From: an uncultured SAR86 cluster bacterium
GTDB lineage: Bacteria > Pseudomonadota > Gammaproteobacteria > Magnimaribacterales > D2472
DNA length: 64,000 bases
Assembly: GCA_902520495.1 (NCBI GenBank)
Contig: CABYNW010000003.1
Location: forward strand, 7,645 to 71,644
Direction: 5' to 3'
This document shows, in pieces, positions 1-9,141 of this stretch. How positions within the stretch are numbered: the first letter of the stretch is position 1; each line of letters begins with the position of its first letter. Both the position numbers and the translations under genes were made by a program. Under the pieces are notes generated by a model that did not search any database, had not been told where the DNA came from, and was given only the letters and a program-made list of their open reading frames with translations.

Positions 1-171
1 TCATGTTATGTAGCATCTGGGAAGGGTGATTTATACCAAGAAAATGGAATATATTTTTGGGATATAGTCGCAGGAGCTGCAATTGTTGAAGCCGCTGGCG
101 GATCTGCAAAAATATTAAATATGCAAGATAATTACCAAGTTGATGTAATTTTCTCAAATTCACAAATATAA
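1..171 (+). CDS. Inositol monophosphatase-family protein, C-terminal fragment (runs off window start)
   Basis: Manual frame-1 translation SCYVASGKGDLYQENGIYFWDIVAGAAIVEAAGG...QI* contains the IMPase/CysQ WDxxAG..EAGG signature; TAA at 169-171. Confidence 0.8.
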   Translation, partial: SCYVASGKGDLYQENGIYFWDIVAGAAIVEAAGGSAKILNMQDNYQVDVIFSNSQI

Positions 172-176
172 AAAAA

Positions 177-1592
177 ATGAAGAGTTTGGTTTGGTTTAGA
201 AATGATCTGCGCGTGGATGACAATCCAGCATTAAGGGCTGCTTGTTCAAAATCAGAAGAGGTCCATGGAATTTATATATACTCAGAGAAGCAATTGAAAT
301 TTCATAACGAAGCTAATTGTAAGGTTGAATTTATTATTCAAAATCTAAAAAGCTTAGAACGAACACTAAACAAGTTAAACATTCCTCTAACAGTAATTAG
401 CTCAGATGGATTCACCGAGGATGCTGAAAAAATTCTTAATCTAATCAATGAAAGATCAATTAAAGAAATACATTGGAATAATCAATTTGGAACAGATGAA
501 GAATCCAGAGATATAGAAGTTGAAAATATCTTAATAAATAACAATATAAATTTTTTTTCATATGATGCTCAAATACTTTTTCCTGCAGGGACATTTAAAA
601 CAGGAGAAGGCAAACCTTACTCAGTTTTTACACCTTTTAAAAAAAGATGGATAGATAACTTTAATATTGATCTTTTAGATATTGAATATAACTACACACC
701 CAAAGAAAAAACAAAAATATCCTCAAATATCAATGATTTTAAATTCCGTTTTGCAAAAGATCATTCAGTTGATATGTCTTTATGGCCAGTTGGTGAAGAA
801 GAGGCTTTAAAAAGATTAGATAATTATTTAGATAAAAAAATATTTTATTATTCAAAGGATAGAAACGAACCAATTATCGATGGCACAAGTAGATTGTCAG
901 CTTATTTAGCTTTAGGAATTATTTCTCCAAAAAGATGTATTTTAGAAGCATTAAAAAAGAATAATTTTGAATTAGATTCTGGTGAACAAGGAGTAACTAA
1001 ATGGATTGATGAGCTTGTTTGGAGAGAATTCTATAAAAATATAATGTTTTCTTTCCCGAGAGTTAGCAAAGGTAGACCATTTCAAGAGTATACAAATAAA
1101 ATTAAGTGGCGCTTTGATGAAGGTGAATTTAAAGCATGGAAAAGTGGTAATACTGGGTTTCCTTTAATAGATGCTGCTATGAGGCAGTTAAAAAATGAAG
1201 GCTGGATGCACAACAGATTAAGAATGGTTGTTGCAATGTTCTTTACTAAAAACATGCTTCATGACTGGCGTCTAGGAGAAGCATTCTTCATGCAAAATCT
1301 TATTGACGGAGATTTTTCTTCTAATAATGGTGGATGGCAGTGGAGTAGTTCAACTGGGACAGACGCAGCGCCATATTTCAGAATTTTTAATCCTCTTACT
1401 CAATCAAAGAATTTTGATGCTGATGGTTTATTTATAAAAAAATATGTAGATGAGTTAAAAAATATAGATAAAAAAGATATTCATGACCCATCAAATGAAA
1501 TAAGATCTAATTGCAAATATCCAGCTAAAATATTAGATTTAAAAGAATCAAGATTGAGAGCAATCGATGCTTTTAATGAAGCTAAAAATTAG
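177..1592 (+). CDS. phrB: Deoxyribodipyrimidine (CPD) photolyase
   Basis: WFRNDLRVDDNPAL N-terminus, TSRLSAYL, TGFPLIDAAMRQL, WMHNRLRM, NNGGWQW, PYFRIFNP motifs. Confidence 0.95.
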   Translation: MKSLVWFRNDLRVDDNPALRAACSKSEEVHGIYIYSEKQLKFHNEANCKVEFIIQNLKSLERTLNKLNIPLTVISSDGFTEDAEKILNLINERSIKEIHWNNQFGTDEESRDIEVENILINNNINFFSYDAQILFPAGTFKTGEGKPYSVFTPFKKRWIDNFNIDLLDIEYNYTPKEKTKISSNINDFKFRFAKDHSVDMSLWPVGEEEALKRLDNYLDKKIFYYSKDRNEPIIDGTSRLSAYLALGIISPKRCILEALKKNNFELDSGEQGVTKWIDELVWREFYKNIMFSFPRVSKGRPFQEYTNKIKWRFDEGEFKAWKSGNTGFPLIDAAMRQLKNEGWMHNRLRMVVAMFFTKNMLHDWRLGEAFFMQNLIDGDFSSNNGGWQWSSSTGTDAAPYFRIFNPLTQSKNFDADGLFIKKYVDELKNIDKKDIHDPSNEIRSNCKYPAKILDLKESRLRAIDAFNEAKN

Positions 1593-1664
1593 TAAAATTT
1601 ATCTAGTTTACCTATTATCACTTATGTATACTGAGATTTGATTTTAGGGGTATATGGAGGAAAC

Positions 1665-3344
1665 ATGGGAACATATCCAAGCGATCTAGAGATAGCAAAT
1701 GCAGCACATAAAAAACCAATTGATGAAATTGCAGAATCAATTGGCATAGAAAAAAAAGACCTAATCAGATTTGGAGATGATAAAGCCAAGCTTTCTCATA
1801 AGCTTGTTAATTCATTATCAAAAAATGATGATGGAAAATTAATACTTGTTACTGCTATTTCTCCTACTCCTGCTGGCGAGGGTAAAACAACCACTAGCGT
1901 TGGTTTAGTTGATGGATTATGCCATATTGGTAAAAAAGCAATGATATGTTTGAGAGAACCAAGCTTAGGTCCATGTTTTGGAATGAAAGGTGGTGCTGCA
2001 GGAGGTGGAAACGCACAAGTTATTCCAATGACAGATATCAATTTACATTTTACTGGTGACTTTCATGCAATCGGTGCTGCTCATAATTTACTATCAGCTC
2101 TCATAGATAATCATATTCATTGGGATAATGAGCTAAACATTGATCCGAGAAGAATAACTTGGAAAAGAGTTGTCGATATGAATGATAGATCATTAAGAGA
2201 TATTACTTGCGGTCTTGGTGGAACTGGAAATGGAATACCTCGTCAAAGTGGATATGATATTACTGTTGCTTCAGAAATAATGGCTGTTTTTTGTTTAGCT
2301 TCTGATTTAGATGACCTCCAAATTAGAATTGGAAATATTGTAATAGGATATACAAAGACCAATGAACCCGTAAGGGCAAAACAATTAAATGCTGATGGTG
2401 CTATAACAGCTCTCTTGAAGGATGCATTTCAGCCCAACCTAGTTCAAACATTGGAAAATAATCCGGCATTCATGCATGGAGGTCCATTTGCAAATATAGC
2501 TCATGGATGTAATTCGGTAGTCTCAACAAAAACAGCATTAAAGTTAGCAGATTACGTAGTGACTGAAGCAGGATTTGGGGCTGATCTTGGTGCTGAAAAA
2601 TTCTTTGATATTAAATGTAGGAAATCAGGACTCAAGCCAGATGTTGTAGTTTTGGTTGCCACAACTAAGGCATTAAAAATGCACGGGGGTGTTAAAAAAG
2701 ATGAGCTTAGCTTAGAAAATGTTAATGCAGTTTTAAAAGGTTGTGAGAACTTAGGAAAACATATAGAAAATATTGGTAAATTTGGTATTCCCGTCGTTGT
2801 TGGAATTAATGATTATGTAACAGATACTGAAAATGAGCACGAGCAAATAATTAATTTTTGTAAAAATTTAGGCGTTCTTTGTAAAATTTCATCTCACTGG
2901 GAGAAAGGTGGAGAGGGGGCTGCAGACTTAGCAGAAGAGGTTGCAAAAATAGCTGACTCAAATTCAGCTGAATTTAAAACCTTATACGATGATGAAATGA
3001 CCTTATGGGATAAGACAGAGCACATCGCCAAAAATATTTATGGAGCTTCTGAAATTATTGCTGATAAAAAAGTTCGAAATCAGTTCAAAAAACTTGAGGA
3101 TGATGGCTTTGGAGAGTATCCAATTTGTATGGCAAAAACTCAATACAGTTTCTCTACAGACCCTTTATTAATGGGTGCTCCTGTTGGACATGATGTTCCA
3201 ATTAAAGAGGTTCGACTTTCAGCTGGTGCTGAATTTATTGTAGTTGTTTGTGGAGATATTATGACTATGCCAGGATTGCCAAGAGTTCCAGCTGCTGAAG
3301 CTATTGGTCTAGACGAAGAAAAAGAAATAAAAGGATTATTCTAA
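1665..3344 (+). CDS. fhs: Formate--tetrahydrofolate ligase
   Basis: [51 protein letters not shown] motifs; GGAGG RBS at 1656-1660 favours ATG 1665 over TTG 1638. Confidence 0.96.
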   Translation: MGTYPSDLEIANAAHKKPIDEIAESIGIEKKDLIRFGDDKAKLSHKLVNSLSKNDDGKLILVTAISPTPAGEGKTTTSVGLVDGLCHIGKKAMICLREPSLGPCFGMKGGAAGGGNAQVIPMTDINLHFTGDFHAIGAAHNLLSALIDNHIHWDNELNIDPRRITWKRVVDMNDRSLRDITCGLGGTGNGIPRQSGYDITVASEIMAVFCLASDLDDLQIRIGNIVIGYTKTNEPVRAKQLNADGAITALLKDAFQPNLVQTLENNPAFMHGGPFANIAHGCNSVVSTKTALKLADYVVTEAGFGADLGAEKFFDIKCRKSGLKPDVVVLVATTKALKMHGGVKKDELSLENVNAVLKGCENLGKHIENIGKFGIPVVVGINDYVTDTENEHEQIINFCKNLGVLCKISSHWEKGGEGAADLAEEVAKIADSNSAEFKTLYDDEMTLWDKTEHIAKNIYGASEIIADKKVRNQFKKLEDDGFGEYPICMAKTQYSFSTDPLLMGAPVGHDVPIKEVRLSAGAEFIVVVCGDIMTMPGLPRVPAAEAIGLDEEKEIKGLF

Positions 3345-3411
3345 AAACCCTTCTAGTTCATTTATAAGTATTTAGTTATAATTTTATATCTAAAATTTCA
3401 TGGAGAATGAT

Positions 3412-4836
3412 ATGAGTAACGATTTAAATTTTTATATCAATGGTGAATGGGTAAAGTCAGATTCAAATGAATTAATTGATGTAATTAACCCAGCCAATGA
3501 AGAAGTTATTGGTCAAGTAACCGCTGGAAGAAGAGAAGATATTAATTCAGCAGTTGATGCAGCCAGCGAAGCATTTATTTCATTTTCACAATCTTCTAAA
3601 GAGGAAAGAATTGATCTTCTCAAAAAAATTATTCAAGAGTATGAAAAAAGATACAAAGAATTTGCAGAAGTTATTACAAAAGAAATGGGTGCACCTAACT
3701 GGTTATCAGAAAGAGCACAGGCAAATACTGGTTTAAAAAATTTTAAAGAAACTCTAGAAGCTCTTGAAAAATATGAATTTGAAAAGGAAGAAGGGGGCTA
3801 TATTTTAAGAAAAGAACCTATTGGTGTTATAGGTATGATTACTCCATGGAACTGGCCTATGAACCAGATAACAACTAAGGTATCTGCAGCTATTGCAGCA
3901 GGTTGTACTATGATTCTAAAGCCTAGTGAGATATCTCCATATTGCTCCATGTTGCTTGCAGAAGTCATGCATGATGCCGGCGTTCCAAAAGGAGTATTTA
4001 ATCTAGTTAATGGATATGGGCCAATAGTTGGTGCTGCTTTATCAGAACACGAGAAAGTAGATATGATGTCATTTACTGGCTCAACTAGAGCAGGTATTGC
4101 TGTAGCTCAAGCATCAGCAATGACTGTTAAAAGAGTTCAACAAGAATTAGGAGGAAAATCTGCAAATATTATTTTAGATGATGTTGCAGATATAGAAAAA
4201 TCAGTAAAAGGCGGTGCTGGACATTGCTTCTTAAATTCTGGTCAATCCTGCAATGCTCCAACAAAAATGTTAGTTTCTTCAAAAAACTATGATAAAGCAG
4301 TAGAAGTTGCTGTAGCTACTGCAAATAGTACAACAGTAGGGGATCCAAATGGTGAGTTTAGATTGGGACCAATCTCAAATAAAGCTCAGTACGAAAAAGT
4401 TATTAAGATGATAGAAATAGGAATTGAAGAAGGTGCAAGGCTTGTTGCTGGTGGAGTTGAAAAACCTGAAAGTTATGACAAGGGATACTATGTTAAACCA
4501 ACAGTTTTTGCAGATGTTACCAATGATATGACTATTGCAAAAGAAGAAATCTTCGGACCTGTTTTATGTATTATGAGATATGAAACTGAAGAAGAAGCCA
4601 TTAAGATTGCAAACGATACTGAATATGGTCTTGCTGGATACGTTCAAGGTGAACTATCTCATGCAATTGAGATTGGAAATCAAATACGTGCTGGACAGAT
4701 AACTATTAATGGAGGAGCTGGAGGAAATGCAGCCCCATTTGGAGGTTACAAGTCTTCAGGTAATGGAAGAGAGCATGGAAAACATGGCATAGAAGAATGC
4801 CTTGAAACAAAAGCAATAATTATTCCAGCTAGTTAA
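3412..4836 (+). CDS. NAD(P)-dependent aldehyde dehydrogenase
   Basis: ITPWNWP, FTGSTRAG, QELGGKS, NSGQSC (catalytic Cys), EEIFGPV, PFGGYKSSG; GGAG at 3402-3405 favours ATG 3412. Confidence 0.93.
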   Translation: MSNDLNFYINGEWVKSDSNELIDVINPANEEVIGQVTAGRREDINSAVDAASEAFISFSQSSKEERIDLLKKIIQEYEKRYKEFAEVITKEMGAPNWLSERAQANTGLKNFKETLEALEKYEFEKEEGGYILRKEPIGVIGMITPWNWPMNQITTKVSAAIAAGCTMILKPSEISPYCSMLLAEVMHDAGVPKGVFNLVNGYGPIVGAALSEHEKVDMMSFTGSTRAGIAVAQASAMTVKRVQQELGGKSANIILDDVADIEKSVKGGAGHCFLNSGQSCNAPTKMLVSSKNYDKAVEVAVATANSTTVGDPNGEFRLGPISNKAQYEKVIKMIEIGIEEGARLVAGGVEKPESYDKGYYVKPTVFADVTNDMTIAKEEIFGPVLCIMRYETEEEAIKIANDTEYGLAGYVQGELSHAIEIGNQIRAGQITINGGAGGNAAPFGGYKSSGNGREHGKHGIEECLETKAIIIPAS

Positions 4837-5642
4837 TCTAAAAGCTCAGGCTGCATTTTTATAATTTTATCAAATGCAGGCTGATAGCTTGCCCATGCAG
4901 CAATATCGTTGGCAATAAACTCTCTTGTTTTAATTGCAGTCTCATGTGGAATAATTTTTGGTTGACCTGCAGCTTCTGCCATGAGTTGTGCCTGACAACA
5001 TCTTTCCATCGACATATAAAACCATAAAGCGATATCAACTGAGGGACCTGTTGTTAAAATTCCATGATTTTGTAGTATTGCAACTTTCTTATCACCTAAA
5101 GCCTTGGCAATTTCATCTCCTTCATCAACCTCCTCAACAACACCAGAGAAATCTTCATAAATGCCTTGATTTTCATAAAAAGCACACGCATCTTGAGAAA
5201 TTGGATCTAATAATTTTCCAAGAGTAGAAAATGTTCTTCCATAAATTGAATGAGAATGAGCTGCAGCATTAACATCTGGCCTAGCTTTATGAAGTCTTGA
5301 ATGTATTGCAAATGCAGCAATATTTACATCTTTATCTCCTTGAACCACTTTTCCATCATGATTAACTAACAATAGATCTGATACAGAAATTTGAGAAAAG
5401 TGAACACCTAAGGGATTTACCCAAAAATGGTCCTTAAATTCAGGATCTCTATAGGTAATATGACCAGCAACTCCCTCATTAAATCCAAAGTAGTCAAATA
5501 GTCTAAAACCAGCAGCTAATTTTTCTAATTGATTTCGTCTTTCCTCAGCTGGGTTTGCAAATTCCTGAAAAACAAGTCCCTTTTCTTTAATAGGTAATTT
5601 ACCATTGGTAATATCAATTTTTATTGGCGCAACATTTGACAT
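4833..5642 (-). CDS. Class II aldolase/adducin family protein (NovR/CloR-like)
   Basis: EGVAGHIT, FWVNPLG, AFAIHSRLH, AAHSHS, LQNHG metal-binding His motifs; AGGAG RBS precedes ATG at 5642. Confidence 0.88.
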   Translation of the reverse strand: MSNVAPIKIDITNGKLPIKEKGLVFQEFANPAEERRNQLEKLAAGFRLFDYFGFNEGVAGHITYRDPEFKDHFWVNPLGVHFSQISVSDLLLVNHDGKVVQGDKDVNIAAFAIHSRLHKARPDVNAAAHSHSIYGRTFSTLGKLLDPISQDACAFYENQGIYEDFSGVVEEVDEGDEIAKALGDKKVAILQNHGILTTGPSVDIALWFYMSMERCCQAQLMAEAAGQPKIIPHETAIKTREFIANDIAAWASYQPAFDKIIKMQPELLD

Positions 5643-5701
5643 AGTTTTTATACTCCTAAGCTCAATAATGTTAAAATAGCTTATCAAATTAAGGACTAAA
5701 T

Positions 5702-7093
5702 ATGAAATTTAGAATTGAAAAAGACAGTATTGGTGAAGTTAAAGTGCCTGCAAAAGCATTATGGGGGGCTCAAACGCAACGAGCAGTAAATAATTTCCCT
5801 ATAAGCGGCATAAAGATGGATTTTCCTTTTACTAAATCATTTGTATCTTCGTTAGGCCTTATTAAAGATGCTGCAGCTAAAGCTAATTTAAGACTAAAAT
5901 TAATTTCTTCAAAAAAATCTAAAGCAATTTCGAAGGCCTCCAAAGAAATTTGGCAAGAAAAACATCATCATGAATTCCCTATTGATGTATTTCAAACCGG
6001 ATCGGGAACAAGTTCAAACATGAATGCTAATGAGGTTATAGCTAACATAGCAGCTAAGTACGCAAAAGTTGAAATTAGCCCAAATGATGATGTAAATATG
6101 AGTCAAAGCAGCAATGATGTTATACCCACTGCAATTAAAATTAGCGCTCATATAGATTTAACTAAAAAGCTTTTTCCGGCATTAGATGATTTAATTAAAT
6201 CAATTGATGGTAAGGCTGAATCTTTTAAAGGAACCATTAAGACTGGTAGAACCCATTTAATGGATGCGATGCCTATCGATTTTTCAGAGGAATTAAAAGC
6301 ATGGTCTAGTCAATTAAAATCTTCAAAAGAGATGTTAAACATTTTAGAAAAGAAACTTCTTGAACTTCCTCAGGGCGGAACTGCTGTTGGAAGTGGTATC
6401 AATGCTCATAAACAATTTTCAAAATATTTTGCTCAAGAAATGACAAAGTTGTTGGGTAACAACTCAAAATGTTCACCAGCTAAAAATTTTTATCATGAAC
6501 TTAGTGCTCAAGATTGCTCGGTTCAATTATCAGGAGAATTAAAAAATCTAGCTATTATATTAATGAAAGTTTCAAATGATCTCAGATGGATGAATAGTGG
6601 ACCACTAGCTGGAGTATCTGATATTGAACTAAAAGCTTTACAACCTGGAAGCAGTATTATGCCTGGTAAAGTAAATCCAGTGATTCCTGAAGCAGTTGCT
6701 ATGACCTCAGCAGATGTTATTGGAAATGATGTAACAATAACTATTGCAGCTCAATCTGGAAGTTTTCAATTAAATGTTATGTTACCTGTAATAGCTTACA
6801 ACCTTTTAAAAAGCATTAATCTTTTAAGTGGCTCTATGAATGCATTATCGAAGAAGGCTGTAAAGACATTTAAAGTTAATCATAAAAATTTAGAACTTTC
6901 ATTATCCAAAAATCCAATATTAGTAACTGCATTAAATCCAATTATTGGATACGAAAAAGCAGCAGCAATTGCAAAAAAAGCATATAAAGAAAATAGGCCA
7001 ATAATTGAGGTCGCAGCAGAAGAAACAGATCTAACAAAAGCAAAACTTAAAAAATTACTTGATCCATCAAAGCTTGCTAAGGGCGGTATATAA
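5702..7093 (+). CDS. fumC: Class II fumarate hydratase
   Basis: WGAQTQRA, QTGSGTSSNMN, GRTHLMDA, GSSIMPGKVNP signature. Confidence 0.92.
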   Translation: MKFRIEKDSIGEVKVPAKALWGAQTQRAVNNFPISGIKMDFPFTKSFVSSLGLIKDAAAKANLRLKLISSKKSKAISKASKEIWQEKHHHEFPIDVFQTGSGTSSNMNANEVIANIAAKYAKVEISPNDDVNMSQSSNDVIPTAIKISAHIDLTKKLFPALDDLIKSIDGKAESFKGTIKTGRTHLMDAMPIDFSEELKAWSSQLKSSKEMLNILEKKLLELPQGGTAVGSGINAHKQFSKYFAQEMTKLLGNNSKCSPAKNFYHELSAQDCSVQLSGELKNLAIILMKVSNDLRWMNSGPLAGVSDIELKALQPGSSIMPGKVNPVIPEAVAMTSADVIGNDVTITIAAQSGSFQLNVMLPVIAYNLLKSINLLSGSMNALSKKAVKTFKVNHKNLELSLSKNPILVTALNPIIGYEKAAAIAKKAYKENRPIIEVAAEETDLTKAKLKKLLDPSKLAKGGI

Positions 7094-7095
7094 AA

Positions 7096-7446
7096 TTGTC
7101 AAACGAACTTTCTCAAAGCAGCTGTGAGGCTTGCCGAGTAGATGCTCCTATGCTAACTGATCAAGAAATCAAAGAGCTTGCTCCTCTGATACCTTCATGG
7201 ATAGTGCATGAAGAGGAGGATATCAAAAGACTAATATGTTCTTTTGCTTTCTCTAGTTATGAGGATTCTGTTAGCTTTACAAATAAAGTAGCTCAACTAG
7301 CTGAAGAAGAGGATCACCATCCTGAGATTATCCTAGAATGGGGTAATGTAACTGTTTCTTGGTGGTCGCATAAAATAAAAGGCCTTCATAAAAATGATTT
7401 CATCTGTGCATCCAAAACAGATAATCTTTTTAAAGAATCAAAATAA
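7096..7446 (+). CDS. phhB: Pterin-4-alpha-carbinolamine dehydratase
   Basis: CEAC N-terminus, AEEEDHHP, WWSHKIKGLHKNDFICA motifs; TTG start. Confidence 0.9.
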   Translation: MSNELSQSSCEACRVDAPMLTDQEIKELAPLIPSWIVHEEEDIKRLICSFAFSSYEDSVSFTNKVAQLAEEEDHHPEIILEWGNVTVSWWSHKIKGLHKNDFICASKTDNLFKESK

Positions 7447-7461
7447 ATAATAATTTAAAAA

Positions 7462-7689
7462 ATGAATCAAAATGAAAAGCCATATCAATTCCTAGCTTGG
7501 GCTGCAACAGCAATATTAATTCTTGCTGCTATCTTGGCTAGTTTTGTACCGGCTTTAGAATATCACCACTGGGCATTTATCATAGCCAATTCTTTATGGG
7601 TTATTGTTGGATTCTTGTGGAAAGAAACGACTCTAGTAGTTTTAAATGCCGGCCTAACAATAATATATATCCTAGGCTTGATTTTATAA
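7462..7689 (+). CDS. Small membrane protein (about 3 TM helices), unknown function
   Basis: 75-aa highly hydrophobic ORF in tandem with phhB, fills the gap exactly. Confidence 0.7.
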   Translation: MNQNEKPYQFLAWAATAILILAAILASFVPALEYHHWAFIIANSLWVIVGFLWKETTLVVLNAGLTIIYILGLIL

Positions 7690-8982
7690 AAATATAAATT
7701 TTGAAATAAAAATTATAGTTAAAAACCATGCAGCTGATGTTATGTTTTTTATTTCACCGTTTGTAATTTTTAAAACTACATAGGATAAAAAGCCAAGACC
7801 AATTCCATCAGCAATTGAAAATGTTAAAGGTATCATTATCAAAATCACCAATGCAGGTAAAAGTTCAGTCGCATGAGACCAGTTAAGTTTTTCCATTCCG
7901 CCAAGCATTAAGATAGCTACATATACTAAAGCACCTGCAGTAGCATATGCTGGAATAATAGAAGCTAATGGCGATAAAAACATTGCCAAAACAAATAAGA
8001 ATCCTACAATCACAGCTGTGAGACCAGTTCTACCTCCAGCTTCAACACCTGCAGAACTTTCAACATAACTTGTTACTGGAGAACATCCAAAAAATGTACC
8101 AAATATACTAGCTCCGCTATCTGCCTTAAGGGCCTTATCAAGATTTTCAGCCTCACCATTTTCATCTAATAAATTAGCTCTTGTAGCTACGCCAACTAAA
8201 GTTCCTGTTGTATCAAATAAGTTAACAAATAGAAAAGACATAATTACTGTCAGCATACTTAGATTCAAAGCTCCAAGAATATCTAATTTCATAAAAGTTG
8301 GTGCGATATCAGGTGGAGATGAAATTATTCCATTAAATTGAATAAGATCAGCAAAAATTGAAACAACAGTTATTATCAATATTCCTATAATAATAGCGCC
8401 TGGTATTTTCCTAATAGATAACGCTGAGATAATAAGAAAGCCGATTGCAGCAAGAAGTGTTTCAATTTTTGTAAAATCACCTAGTGCTAATAGCGTTGCA
8501 TCATTAGTGATTATTATGCCGCCACTTTTAAGTCCAATTATTCCAATAAATAGCCCAACTCCAGCTCCCATCGCAATTCTCAGATTCATTGGTATGCTTG
8601 CAATCATCCAACTCCTTAGGTTTGTTACACTCATAACAAAAAATAAAATACCGGCTATGAAAACTGCTCCTAGCGCAACCTCCCATGCATAACCCATTTC
8701 TCCGACCACTGTATATGTAAAAAAAGCATTTAAACCCATTCCAGGAGCCAGACCAATTGGCCAATTAGCAAAAATTCCCATTACAAAACAAGCAATAGCA
8801 GCTGCTAGACAAGTCCCAACAAAAATAGCACCTTTATCCATTCCACTTGCTTCCATTATTTGAGGATTGACAAAAATAATATATGCCATTGTCAAAAAGG
8901 TTGTAAAACCAGCAATAATTTCAGACTTAATATCAGTGTTGTTAAGATCTAGTTTAAAGAAATCGTTAAGAAAATTTTTCAT
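7684..8982 (-). CDS. NCS2/AzgA-family purine (guanine/hypoxanthine/adenine) permease
   Basis: AGFTTFLTMAYIIFVNP, APGMGLNAFF, LFDTTGT, YVESSAGVEAGGRTGL motifs of AzgA/PbuG/GhxP; many TM segments. Confidence 0.93.
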   Translation of the reverse strand: MKNFLNDFFKLDLNNTDIKSEIIAGFTTFLTMAYIIFVNPQIMEASGMDKGAIFVGTCLAAAIACFVMGIFANWPIGLAPGMGLNAFFTYTVVGEMGYAWEVALGAVFIAGILFFVMSVTNLRSWMIASIPMNLRIAMGAGVGLFIGIIGLKSGGIIITNDATLLALGDFTKIETLLAAIGFLIISALSIRKIPGAIIIGILIITVVSIFADLIQFNGIISSPPDIAPTFMKLDILGALNLSMLTVIMSFLFVNLFDTTGTLVGVATRANLLDENGEAENLDKALKADSGASIFGTFFGCSPVTSYVESSAGVEAGGRTGLTAVIVGFLFVLAMFLSPLASIIPAYATAGALVYVAILMLGGMEKLNWSHATELLPALVILIMIPLTFSIADGIGLGFLSYVVLKITNGEIKNITSAAWFLTIIFISKFIFL

Positions 8983-9081
8983 GCAAATAAGTATATTCTA
9001 TCTAGTACAGATGTTAATGAAAGTGTTAATATAACATTAGAATTTTTATTACTTGCAAAAACTTAAATTTATATATTTATT

Positions 9082-9097
9082 TGGCACTGAAGTTGCA
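9082..9097 (+). promoter_or_regulatory. Putative sigma54 (-24/-12) promoter upstream of TonB-dependent receptor
   Basis: TGGCACTGAAGTTGCA matches TGGCAC-N5-TTGCW with exact GG-N10-GC spacing, 44 bp before the ATG. Confidence 0.6.
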
Positions 9098-9141
9098 TAT
9101 ATTTATATAAATAATACATCTATAAAGAGGATACATTTATT

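Noticed and set aside
1638-1664. Extended N-termini from the ORF track (fhs 1638, aldolase 5687, msrAB 49663, ACAD 57928, nadK 57949)
   Set aside because: Downstream ATGs have better RBS/promoter context and match family N-termini
8983-9141. Purine riboswitch upstream of the permease or receptor
   Set aside because: No recognisable purine-riboswitch core or pairing; region is short and very AT-rich
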